NCBI GenBank assembly: GCA_038321985.1
Contig: JBBQFN010000001.1
Coordinates: 320,001 to 384,000 of the forward strand
DNA from: Cyanophyceae cyanobacterium
GTDB lineage: Bacteria > Cyanobacteriota > Cyanobacteriia > Cyanobacteriales > Laspinemataceae
Reading direction: 5' to 3'
Length of the DNA stretch: 64,000 nucleotides
Shown here: in pieces, positions 43,191-52,200 of the stretch
How positions within the stretch are numbered: the stretch's first letter is position 1
Layout: each line of letters opens with the position of its first letter
The notes under the pieces: model-generated
What the model saw: only the letters and a program-made list of their open reading frames with translations
Database searches by the model: none
What the model was told of the DNA's origin: nothing
Program-made: the position numbers and the translations under genes

Positions 43191-43637
43191 TTAGGGTTCT
43201 CTCAGCTTGTAGGCGCTACTGGCAGCGGTATCCAGCATCACCTGGGACCCGTCGCGATCGGTCCGATATACCCAAGTCTCTTCGCTATCGCTTGCGCTGA
43301 CTTCCCATCCAGACACGACAATTTGGGTGCAAAAACTGCCCGGTTCCGTCAATCCCAAACAGCCATCGGGCCAACTGCGCCGCTGCGCTGCCACAATCTC
43401 AAATTGCGATCGCCCTTCCCCAGTTTGTTCGGCAACCGCATCTAAGACTTTCTCGCTAATGGCTGACGGTAACTCCGCGATCGGCCCTGACTCGTTCTGA
43501 CTGCCATCAATTTGCACGATCTCACTGCCTTGTCCTGAAGTAACCGAGTTAGACTCTTGTGGGTTGACGAGAACCACTGCAATGCCGATTACCGCAATCA
43601 TTCCGATTCCCAAGAGGGCGATCGCTGGTTTATTCAT
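43191..43637 (-). CDS. Exported hypothetical protein
   Basis: N-terminal TM; WPDGCLGL..PG.FCTQ..V.GW...YRT motif. Confidence 0.75.
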   Translation of the reverse strand: MNKPAIALLGIGMIAVIGIAVVLVNPQESNSVTSGQGSEIVQIDGSQNESGPIAELPSAISEKVLDAVAEQTGEGRSQFEIVAAQRRSWPDGCLGLTEPGSFCTQIVVSGWEVSASDSEETWVYRTDRDGSQVMLDTAASSAYKLREP

Positions 43638-43956
43638 GAGTTTGCTGACTCCTTTTTATAAAAACTTGGTTTTTACAACCCTAACGTGCGCGGCCAAAAA
43701 AGATAGGCGCGGGGGGTTGTATTTATTGACTTAATTTGATATTATATTCATAATGGCATATTAACTTCAATAATAATTTTGCACAGATTTCTATTATAAA
43801 ATTAAATTTAACAAAGTCAATCCCTTTTGTCTAGTCCTTATCGCCCTTTTTTAGAGCAAAAATTGTAAATTTTTGTAAAAAAAGAAAAATCTAATCAGGA
43901 CCTTGAAATTGTGGGTTTATCGCTATCATGCAGTGAGCAACCAGGGAGAAAAAGTC

Positions 43957-44334
43957 ATGAGCTTAATCGGGAACATCATCTGGCTCATTTTTGGGGGATT
44001 CATCACCGGCCTGGGTTACATCATCGGAGGACTGGGGTTGTGTCTCACAATTGTGGGAATTCCCTTCGGATTGGCAACCATTAAACTGGGAATCGCCACT
44101 ATGACTCCTTTCGGAAGGGAAATTGTCGAGGATGACAATCCCAACAGTAACCTAAAGATTGTGTTAAACGTGATTTGGATTATCTTCTTTGGTTGGGAGA
44201 TTGCGATCGCGCACTTAGTCCTCGCTGCCTTCTTCTTCATAACCCTCATCGGACTACCCTTTGCCGAACAGCATTTCAAATTAGTGGCGATCGCGCTGTT
44301 TCCCTTTGGCCGAGACTTGAGAAAAGTGAGATAA
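43957..44334 (+). CDS. YccF-family inner-membrane protein
   Basis: Two repeats of NIIW.IFGG...TIVGIPF...PFGR; GGAG RBS before ATG 43957. Confidence 0.9.
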   Translation: MSLIGNIIWLIFGGFITGLGYIIGGLGLCLTIVGIPFGLATIKLGIATMTPFGREIVEDDNPNSNLKIVLNVIWIIFFGWEIAIAHLVLAAFFFITLIGLPFAEQHFKLVAIALFPFGRDLRKVR

Positions 44335-44377
44335 AACTGAGATTTTGCATCCCTTCCCACAACCGGCGGGGGTTCAC

Positions 44378-44570
44378 ACCCTAGCCCTGTCAAAGTGTAT
44401 TTGTAGGGGCGCAATGCTTGCGCCCATGTAGGGGCGATTCGCGAATCGCCCCTACATTCCATCACGATTTTTCGTCATTAAATTGGTAATCAATTGAGGG
44501 CGCAAGCATTGCGCCCCTACGAAATCACGATTTTTCGTCATTAAATTTACTACATTGACAGGGCTAGGGT
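44378..44570. mobile_element. MITE-like element with 16-bp terminal inverted repeats enclosing GTAG-type REP palindromes
   Basis: TIRs ACCCTAGCCCTGTCAA (44378-44393) and TTGACAGGGCTAGGGT (44555-44570). Inside: an inverted REP pair (44403-44425 / 44498-44520), a perfect 28-bp palindrome (44428-44455) and a 24-bp direct repeat (44461, 44524). Confidence 0.7.
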
Positions 44571-44666
44571 TCAAACGATTTATCCCCCACCGGATGTTGT
44601 CTTGCGTAGCCGCCAATCGATTTATCCCCCGCCGGGTGTTGCCACTTGCGTACAGATGAACACAGC

Positions 44667-45995
44667 CTAACACTGTGCCTCTGACTCCAGCCCCTCCAAC
44701 CGCAGAAAATACACCCGCCCCGAATTATCTCCTGCCACCACCGTCACCCCATCCGACGCCATGCCACAGGAAAGCATCCCACCATCCCCAATAGACGTGG
44801 CTAACACTTCTCCCGTAGCCAAATCCCACAGTTTCAGGGTGTAATCCCAGGATGCAGAAACCGCTTGTTTGCTGTCCGGGGTGATGGCCACTGCATTTAC
44901 CGAGTTACTATACCCGGTGAGGGTAGCCAGTTGCTTTCGCGTTGCCAAGTCCCACAGTTTCAGGGTTTTATCATCGGATGCGGAAACAGCTTGTTTGCCG
45001 TCCGGGGTGATGGCCACTGCTTCTACCGAGTTACTATGCCCAGTGAGGGTAGCCAGTTGCTTTCGCGTTGCCAAATCCCACAGTTTCAGGGTCTTATCCC
45101 AGGATGCAGAAACCGCTTGTTTGCCGTCCGGGGTGATGGCCACTGCTCGTACCCAGTCACGATGTCCCGTGAGGGTGGCCAGTTCCGACCCCGTTGCCAA
45201 ATCCCACAGTTTCAGGGTGTTATCCCTGGATGCGGAAACCGCTTGTTTGCCGTCCGGGGTGATGGCCACTGCTTCTACCGAGCTACTATGCCCAGTGAGG
45301 GTGGCCAGTTCCGACCCCGTTGCCAAATCCCACAGTTTCAGGGTGTTATTCCAGGATGCGGAAACCGCTTGTTTGCCGTCCGGGGTGATGGCCACTGCAA
45401 GTACCAAGCTACTATGCCCAGAGAGGGTGGCCAGTTCCGACCCTGTAGCCAAATCCCACAGTTTCAGGGTGTTATCGTAGGATGCGGAAACCGCTTGTTT
45501 GCCGTCCGGGGTGATGGCCACTGCATTTACCTCGCTACTATGCCCAGTGAGGGTGCGAAGCAGGGGGCCTCCGGGTGGAGTGAGATGAGCCGTCAGGGGA
45601 CGAAACCAGAGTTTTCCTGGCCCTTGTTTCGCTTGTTGCAGTAGGGCTAGAATCTCTGGGTCAGAAAATGACAACAACCGCCCCAACAACTGCCCCGCTA
45701 ACTGGCTATTATCCTCTACCAGCACATGAGCCGAGAGCTGTAGCGCCCCTTGAATCCGTTTTAACCCCGGTTGCTCCTCTGCTGGCAGCAACGGCAAGAG
45801 TAAATCATAATCATCAATCAGGGCGGTGATTCCCACTGCGCCTAACTTTTGCTCCAAAAAGCCCCAATCCGTTAACCAGGCTTTCATCCGCTGCACCCGT
45901 TTTCCCTTGGCCCATATACCGATTTGGTTGCGTAGTATATACAGCCGTTTTTGAGAGGACTGTTGCTGAATCCAATCTCCTAATTTTGTCGTCAT
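44667..45995 (-). CDS. APAF1-helical-like domain + 7-blade WD40 protein
   Basis: LTDWGFLEQKL...G...LIDDYD...LQLSAHVL....QL..QL.GRL, then six 42-aa WD40 repeats and one capping blade. Confidence 0.9.
   Translation of the reverse strand: MTTKLGDWIQQQSSQKRLYILRNQIGIWAKGKRVQRMKAWLTDWGFLEQKLGAVGITALIDDYDLLLPLLPAEEQPGLKRIQGALQLSAHVLVEDNSQLAGQLLGRLLSFSDPEILALLQQAKQGPGKLWFRPLTAHLTPPGGPLLRTLTGHSSEVNAVAITPDGKQAVSASYDNTLKLWDLATGSELATLSGHSSLVLAVAITPDGKQAVSASWNNTLKLWDLATGSELATLTGHSSSVEAVAITPDGKQAVSASRDNTLKLWDLATGSELATLTGHRDWVRAVAITPDGKQAVSASWDKTLKLWDLATRKQLATLTGHSNSVEAVAITPDGKQAVSASDDKTLKLWDLATRKQLATLTGYSNSVNAVAITPDSKQAVSASWDYTLKLWDLATGEVLATSIGDGGMLSCGMASDGVTVVAGDNSGRVYFLRLEGLESEAQC
44799..45554 (-). repeat. 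Six near-identical 126-bp WD40-coding repeats
   Basis: GCTTGTTTGCCGTCCGGGGTGATGGCCACTGC and CCCACAGTTTCAGGGT recur every 126 nt. Confidence 0.92.
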
Positions 45996-47914
45996 AGGGG
46001 CGCTCCATCGGCTAGATTGTCACCCATGCGCCGGTTAATATCTTCTAAATCAATGCCTGAATCTTCCGCTTGCTCATTGAGAAAGTCGCTGAACGACGCA
46101 TGATAAACGCTGTAGCACTTTTCTCTCTCAATCATTTGAAAGCGCAAAAACTGCTCCCATTCTTCCAAAACTGAATGCACGCGAGATTTTGAGAGGCCCG
46201 CTAACTCCGCTAATAACGGGCGGGAAACAGGTTCAGGAGATTCTGAGAGAACATAAATGATGCGAATTTTATCAATGGGGAACGGGTCGGTATTCATCCC
46301 CATCAATCGCCAATGTTTTTGATAATACCGTTTCAACCCGAAGGGCAAACTGTCCAGGGTTTCACTCTCACACAGTCCTTTGTCAATGTCATTCAAGACA
46401 TAGCGCAAATACATAAAATTATTTTCACTTTTCGCCACCAGTTCCGTAAAAAACTGCTCGGGGGTGGAGTGGCGCGATGTCACCCAGTCCTGAATCTGGG
46501 GACTCTGCTGCCAGCATTTCTCGGCGTAGTGACGGGCATCCCGCGCACTTTCTGCGGGATACTGCATTAAATCAAAGGTGATATCATAGTCAGTCAGGGG
46601 CAGGGGCAGTTGTTTCGGGCGTTTGGAGAGGATAAAATAGACCTGATCCGGTAGGGAATCGGGTAAATAGAGGAGATTACTGCCCGGGGTTTGGCTGGAG
46701 GCATCCACCTCATCTAAGGCATCCACCACCACAATTAATTTTTGTCCCGGGGGTAAGGTTTTACTCGCTTCCCCCAACAATCGGGCTAACACATTGCCAT
46801 CTTCTGTCGTCTTTTCTGGCAACTGAGGATAATCCAGGTGATAGCCCTCAATCAGTTGTCTGCAAATATTTTCCAGGAATTGTTGCGGTTTAATTATCCC
46901 TTGGGCTTGAATATTAAAATGAGTGAGACAGCGCCCTTGCCATACTTCGACTAATTTGGCGAGAATGGCACTTTTCCCCACTCCCGGGTCAGCTTCCAGG
47001 ATAAAATAGCCCTTGGGATTCTTTTGCAAAAAGTCCCGAATCGCGGCAAATACATATTTGCGCCCGACAAAATCTTGGATTTTCTCAGCAATCAGGGTTT
47101 CACATTCTTGAGGAATCGGTAAGCGGGGTTTGGTGAGGTCAAAATACTGCTGTAAAGTTCCCCGCAGTTGGCCCAGTTCGTCTCGGATGCCGGTATCTAA
47201 GTGGGTTAAAATCTGGATGATATCTTGTTGTTTGAGCGCCTGTTGGTGGGTTTGGGCGAGATTATCCCGGAGTAAATCCAACACCATCCCACTAAAAGCC
47301 GGTCCCCCTTCCCGGGCATCTTGTTTCAAGACTTCCCGCAGGTTATGGGAAAACCGTTCATAGAGATGTTGACTAATGGCATCGATGGCATCTTGGTATT
47401 CGCTAACCTCTGCGGGTAAATGGGGTTGGTGTTGTTCCATCAACCAGGTAATCAGCTTTTGCCAACTGTCTACATCCAGAGTGGCGATCGCGATTTGAGC
47501 AGCATTAGCGGCGAAAACATAGCGCAACTGGGGTTCTCGAATGGGGAGATAGTCCCCGGGAGTCTGGCGATCGCGCTCAATTTGGAGCCAGTATTGTTCC
47601 GTTTCCCGGGCTAAACTCTTTAATACTGGGGCAATATCGCGATATTCGTCTTCTTGGGAGATGTGGAGAATTCCCAAGGCGATCGCCCTTCCTGCCGCTT
47701 TGGGTAAATCTTCATTGGTTAAAACTTGGGAACTATCCCGCAGTTTTTTAGCCAAATCCAGTAATTTGGTAGCCGCCATGCTATTGAGTAGGGGTGAAGC
47801 AAACTCCGCGAACATGGGAATTGCCGTTGCGCCACCCGCTACCACGGACCCGATGGAGAGTAAGGCGGTTACTCCTAAAAGTAGCTTATGTTCTTTAATA
47901 ATGTGAAGCACCAT
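45992..47914 (-). CDS. STAND/NACHT-like P-loop ATPase with an uncharacterised N-terminal domain
   Basis: FVGR motif, Walker A ADPGVGKS, Walker B IVVVDALDE, ILSKR sensor, SENNFMY and winged-helix YH.SF.DFL; ATGA overlap with the WD40 gene. Confidence 0.88.
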   Translation of the reverse strand: MVLHIIKEHKLLLGVTALLSIGSVVAGGATAIPMFAEFASPLLNSMAATKLLDLAKKLRDSSQVLTNEDLPKAAGRAIALGILHISQEDEYRDIAPVLKSLARETEQYWLQIERDRQTPGDYLPIREPQLRYVFAANAAQIAIATLDVDSWQKLITWLMEQHQPHLPAEVSEYQDAIDAISQHLYERFSHNLREVLKQDAREGGPAFSGMVLDLLRDNLAQTHQQALKQQDIIQILTHLDTGIRDELGQLRGTLQQYFDLTKPRLPIPQECETLIAEKIQDFVGRKYVFAAIRDFLQKNPKGYFILEADPGVGKSAILAKLVEVWQGRCLTHFNIQAQGIIKPQQFLENICRQLIEGYHLDYPQLPEKTTEDGNVLARLLGEASKTLPPGQKLIVVVDALDEVDASSQTPGSNLLYLPDSLPDQVYFILSKRPKQLPLPLTDYDITFDLMQYPAESARDARHYAEKCWQQSPQIQDWVTSRHSTPEQFFTELVAKSENNFMYLRYVLNDIDKGLCESETLDSLPFGLKRYYQKHWRLMGMNTDPFPIDKIRIIYVLSESPEPVSRPLLAELAGLSKSRVHSVLEEWEQFLRFQMIEREKCYSVYHASFSDFLNEQAEDSGIDLEDINRRMGDNLADGAPL

Positions 47915-47959
47915 AAGGAAGGCAAGGGGTATTAAGGGTGGGCAAAGCTGTTTTATTGT

Positions 47960-48208
47960 ACCCTTGGCAACCCACCCAGAAACCGGGTTTGATGCATAAC
48001 TGTTGCTACTTATTGAGAGTTGATGAAGAAACCCGGTTTCTCAACCCTTGGCAACCCACTCAGAAACCGGGTTTCTGCGAGCACTTTTGCTACATCAACC
48101 AGATTGTTGAAAGAAACCCGGTTTCTCAACCCTTGGTAAATCACCCAGAAACCGGGTTTCTGCGATAACTTTTGCTACATCAACCAGATTGTCGAAAGAA
48201 ACCCGGTT
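47960..48208. repeat. Three tandem 84-85 bp units, each with an inverted GAAACCGGGTTT / GAAACCCGGTT pair
   Basis: Units start at ACCCTTGG 47960, 48044 and 48129. Related solo copies at ~29869-29886 and ~60377-60440. Confidence 0.85.
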
Positions 48209-48224
48209 GATTGATGTTTTTGAA

Positions 48225-48749
48225 TTAGGAAGAACTCTTCACAGTCATCGGGACATCCGATCGCCGGTTAGTCCAGATTCCTCCAGGTTCCAGTGTAACC
48301 AGCCGATTATTAGGGGTAAATAACTCCCAATAGGACAAGTCAAAATTATCCTCTAAGTCGGGAAATACTTTCAACTGATAGCCATTACTGAATACCACAA
48401 TCAGCACTAAATCCGGATAGTTTGTTTCAACAGCCGTGATAGTTGTGCCTTCAATAACTTTCACTTTCTCCTTAAACACTTCTGCGGGTTCTACTGTACT
48501 GGTAATGATGCCACTAGCCGATTCCAGCCTCCACTCAGAACCCCTTGTCCCTAATATCCATTCTCCTTGATATTTACCCGCCATCACTTTCTGCTTATAA
48601 GGAATTTTCCCTCCAATATCCAGGGTTAGTTCATCCCCATAGCTGAGACTAGCTGACCAACAGATTTGACCAATAATGCTACGAATAAGCTGTTTTAGCT
48701 CAGTTAAATCTGCATTTCCAGCGATTTTTTTAAGGGTGTCTAATGACAT
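48225..48749 (-). CDS. Hypothetical protein, candidate immunity protein
   Basis: AGAGGT RBS before ATG 48749; beta-rich sequence SYGDELTLDIG...GEW.L......WRL...L...FSNG..L..FP...WELF; AT-rich. Confidence 0.7.
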   Translation of the reverse strand: MSLDTLKKIAGNADLTELKQLIRSIIGQICWSASLSYGDELTLDIGGKIPYKQKVMAGKYQGEWILGTRGSEWRLESASGIITSTVEPAEVFKEKVKVIEGTTITAVETNYPDLVLIVVFSNGYQLKVFPDLEDNFDLSYWELFTPNNRLVTLEPGGIWTNRRSDVPMTVKSSS

Positions 48750-48989
48750 AATAAACCTCTTATAATTAAAGGAATTCAGAGAACCTATCAAAGTAATAAT
48801 GTAGAACGGTTAATAATCCTAAATTTATTACCCTAAAATTATTTCCGTTAAAATAGTTGAAATTCGCACTTTTTATGGGGGTCCAAATCTGTTGAATTCA
48901 AATTCATAAAAAATACCTATTATCTGAATTGCTGCAAAAACTATCCTTAGCCGAAATGGGTCCAAATCTTGTCTCTACAAGTCCCTTAT

Positions 48990-49190
48990 TTACAAGTCTA
49001 TTCCTAAGAATTCCCGAGCCTTTTCTCTTAATTCTTCATAATTAAAATCACCTCTGCCATTTTTCGTGCCGCCATATCCGGCCTCTTTTTCATTTTCCAG
49101 GAAGTTTCCGAATTCTTTTCGTTCGGCTGCTGTCATATTAAATTCTTTGGCGATATTGTTAACTTGCTGAAGGTCTTTTTTAGGGGCCAT
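48990..49190 (-). CDS. 66-aa protein resembling a polymorphic-toxin C-terminal helical domain
   Basis: KDLQQV..IA.E....ERKEFG.FLE.EK..G.G...RGDF.YEEL...A.EF; starts ~34 nt downstream of the pdxA stop. Confidence 0.6.
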   Translation of the reverse strand: MAPKKDLQQVNNIAKEFNMTAAERKEFGNFLENEKEAGYGGTKNGRGDFNYEELREKAREFLGIDL

Positions 49191-49223
49191 TGCCTTGAAT
49201 GGGCATCATTTGCTGTCTACTTT

Positions 49224-50270
49224 TTATCTTTCACCCCCATTCATTCGCTGACTTCCTAACTCAGCGGCTAACTGCAACGCAGATTTCATACTAGCACAAT
49301 CGGCGATGCCTTTTCCGGCGATATCGAAGGCGGTGCCGTGGTCGGGGGAGGTGCGGATAAAGGGCAGGCCGATGGTGGTGTTGACGGCTTTATCAAAGGC
49401 CATTAATTTGACGGGAATTAAGCCTTGGTCATGGTAGAGGGCAAGATAGGCATCATGGGCATTTGTAGCGCTTCCAAACCAGGCTTGACCCGGTTTTACC
49501 CAGAGGGTATCCGGGGGGATTGGTCCATCAATTGTGGCTTGAGGATGGATGATTTGTTGTTGTTTAATCCAGGGGATTAACCATTCTTTTTCTTCGGTGC
49601 CGAGTTGCCCATTTTCTCCACTGTGGGGGTTGAGTCCGGAGATGGCAATGCGCGGGGTTTGGATGCCGAAGTCTTGGCGCAGGCATTCAATTAAAAGGTC
49701 TAGTTTCCAGGTGAGGAGTTCCGGGGTGAGGGCGTCGGGAACTTGGCGCAAGGGAATGTGGGTGGTGGCGAGGAGGGTACGCAGGGTCCAGCCGCTGTGG
49801 GGGGATTTGGCGACGAATAGCATTCCGAACCGTTTGATTTGGGCACTTTCGGCGAGAAGTTCGGTTTGTCCGGGATAGGGATGTCCGGCGGCTTTCCAGC
49901 AGGTTTTGGCGATGGGTCCGGTGACGATCGCCTGGAAGTCTCCGGCAAGGGTTCGGGCGATCGCCTCTTTCATGTAAGCAAAACTAGCGCCACCGGATGC
50001 GGCATTGCCGGTCCCGAGGGCGATCGCCTCTTGGTTGAGGTCAATATTTAGGATAGGAAACTGTTCAGGATCGGCGATCGCTGTTTGTTGCTTGAGTTGT
50101 TGATAACACTCTTGCAGCAGCTTCCGACTGCCGACGAGGGTGATTTGGCAATTTTGGGCGATTTCAGGGTCTGCTAGGGCTTTGAGGATGACTTCGGCAC
50201 CTATTCCGGCAGGGTCTCCCAGGGTGACGACGAGATGGGGACGGTTGGGGGTTGAGGGTTGGCTTTCCAT
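49224..50270 (-). CDS. pdxA: 4-hydroxythreonine-4-phosphate dehydrogenase
   Basis: [32 protein letters not shown] and [14 protein letters not shown] motifs. Confidence 0.96.
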   Translation of the reverse strand: MESQPSTPNRPHLVVTLGDPAGIGAEVILKALADPEIAQNCQITLVGSRKLLQECYQQLKQQTAIADPEQFPILNIDLNQEAIALGTGNAASGGASFAYMKEAIARTLAGDFQAIVTGPIAKTCWKAAGHPYPGQTELLAESAQIKRFGMLFVAKSPHSGWTLRTLLATTHIPLRQVPDALTPELLTWKLDLLIECLRQDFGIQTPRIAISGLNPHSGENGQLGTEEKEWLIPWIKQQQIIHPQATIDGPIPPDTLWVKPGQAWFGSATNAHDAYLALYHDQGLIPVKLMAFDKAVNTTIGLPFIRTSPDHGTAFDIAGKGIADCASMKSALQLAAELGSQRMNGGER

Positions 50271-50562
50271 GAGGGTTCTAGGTGGCGATCGCAGATTTAG
50301 GCAACTCTTTCTGATTATTCAGCGTACTGGACAACTTGCTGTTGTGGGTTACGGACTGAATTTCATCTTTTTTTGGAATGGGTCCGATGGGGGTTTTTTC
50401 TTAAAACTTAACAATTTTAATGAGGCGTCCTTCTTTTAAGATGATAATATATAAGGGGATAACTGTTTAGGACTATTTTAAATTTTTAGAGCAATCGCTC
50501 TTCTTTATAGTGGATAAACAGTAGGCAAACAATCCCCTTAAAATCAAAACGGTTGTATCGTC

Positions 50563-51132
50563 ATGAATCACCCGAAATCTAATGAGCATGAGTCAATTTA
50601 TCAGCTCAAAGTTACCATAAAAGAAAGCGATCCACCGATTTGGCGCGAAATTCAGGTGCGGAGTCATATTACTCTTTATAAAGTCCAGCGGATTTTACAG
50701 GTGGTGATGGGATGGGGAAATACCCATCTCCATCAATTCACAATTGATGGAACTTGTTACGGTCAATCTCACCCGGAATATGGCTTAGAAATGAAAACAG
50801 AGCGCAGGGCGAGATTAGATGAATTGGTGCCCGAAGAGAATACCAGCTTTCTCTATGAATATAATTTAGATGATAGCTGGATGCATGAAATTACTGTAGA
50901 AAAAATTCTGGAACCGACTCCTGGGGTACATTATCCCCGGTGTGTGGCAGGAGAGCGCGCTTGTCCTCCAGAAGAATGTGGCGGCATTCGCGGCTATGGG
51001 GAGGTGTTAGAAATCCTCAAAAATCCTGAAGATCCCGATTATCTAGAAACTTTGAAATGGATCAGCAAAGATTTCGACCCCGAGGCATTTGAAATCGATG
51101 AAGTGAATCGGCAACTTAAATCGATTCGATAA
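50563..51132 (+). CDS. Plasmid pRiA4b ORF-3 family protein
   Basis: YQLKV....PPIWR, MGW...HLHQF, Y.Y...DSW.H and GERACPPE.CGG motifs. Confidence 0.88.
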   Translation: MNHPKSNEHESIYQLKVTIKESDPPIWREIQVRSHITLYKVQRILQVVMGWGNTHLHQFTIDGTCYGQSHPEYGLEMKTERRARLDELVPEENTSFLYEYNLDDSWMHEITVEKILEPTPGVHYPRCVAGERACPPEECGGIRGYGEVLEILKNPEDPDYLETLKWISKDFDPEAFEIDEVNRQLKSIR

Positions 51133-51267
51133 CCCTGGGGGAATTTGTGGGGAAATTGAACTGCTGCAAAACTCCGTAAGGGAGTAATAGCGACTATCCA
51201 AGTGGTGAATAGTTGAAAGCCAAATAAAACAGTTAAAGCCGCACAAAAAAACGAAATAAACTCCGTT

Positions 51268-52200
51268 TTAACTGGGGATTACTGGAGTTTGGGGTTGTTT
51301 ATTAATGCGCCAAAGTTTAATGGTTTTATCATCGCCGCCTGTGGCTAAGGTCTGTCCGTCGGGACTAAAGGCGATCGCGAATACATAGCTAGTATGCTCC
51401 CGCAAGGTGGCCCGTTCTTCCCCAGTTTCTACGCACCAAATCTTAATTGTTTTATCACTGCTGGCACTGGCTAAAGAAGTGCCATCGGGACTAAAAGCAA
51501 CGGAGCGAATTCCATCAGAATGTCCGGTTAAAGTATGGATTAATTCCCCGGTTTGGGTATTCCAAAGTTTGACGGTAGAATCCAGACTGCTGCTGGCTAT
51601 CATCTCTCCATTGGGGCTAAATTTGACACATTCAATGGGATTAGAATGGGCCACAATAGTTCGATAACTTTCCCCAATTGCGACATTCCACAGCTTAATG
51701 GTGCGGTCCCAACTGCCACTGGCTAAAGCCCTTCCATCGGGACTAAAGTCAACGGTAACCGTGGGTTTTTCATGACCAATCAGGGTTTGCAGGGCTTGTC
51801 CCGTGACTGCATCCCAGAGTTTAATGGTGCGGTCCCAACTGCCGCTAGCTATGGTTTGACCATCGGGGGAAATTGCCACAGATTCGATCGGTTTACGATG
51901 ACCTGAGAGAGTACGGGTGACTTCGCCAGTGCGAACAGACCAAATCCGGAGGGTCTGGTCTAAGGATCCACTGACGAGCAGTTTTCCATCACTGCGAAAG
52001 GCAATGGAGTTAACAAAATCAGCATGACCAGTCAGAGTCTGACTTTCTGTGCCAATGTGGGGATTCCAAAAGATGATGGTGGTATCGAGAGAGGCACTGG
52101 CTAAGGTATGTCCATCCGGACTAAAAGCCAGGTCAAGAATGGCGGCAGAATGGGCGGTGAGGGTGTGGGTACAAGCCCAGGTGGGAGGGGGGTTTATCAT
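51268..52200 (-). CDS. Stand-alone 7-blade WD40 protein
   Basis: Seven diverged GH...FSPDG..LASGS.D.TIKLW repeats. Confidence 0.92.
   Translation of the reverse strand: MINPPPTWACTHTLTAHSAAILDLAFSPDGHTLASASLDTTIIFWNPHIGTESQTLTGHADFVNSIAFRSDGKLLVSGSLDQTLRIWSVRTGEVTRTLSGHRKPIESVAISPDGQTIASGSWDRTIKLWDAVTGQALQTLIGHEKPTVTVDFSPDGRALASGSWDRTIKLWNVAIGESYRTIVAHSNPIECVKFSPNGEMIASSSLDSTVKLWNTQTGELIHTLTGHSDGIRSVAFSPDGTSLASASSDKTIKIWCVETGEERATLREHTSYVFAIAFSPDGQTLATGGDDKTIKLWRINKQPQTPVIPS

Noticed and set aside
44865..45644. Long plus-strand ORFs (259 aa and 203 aa)
   Set aside because: Antisense shadows kept open by the 126-bp WD40 periodicity.
44667..45995. Diversity-generating retroelement target
   Set aside because: No reverse transcriptase or template repeat in the window, and no evidence seen that the variation is adenine-specific.
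47960..48208. CRISPR array
   Set aside because: The intervening sequences are near-duplicates, each unit holds an inverted pair, and no cas genes are in the window.
50563..51132. pRiA4b ORF-3 gene as evidence of an integrated plasmid or IS
   Set aside because: It is stand-alone, with no transposase, replication gene or terminal repeats nearby.
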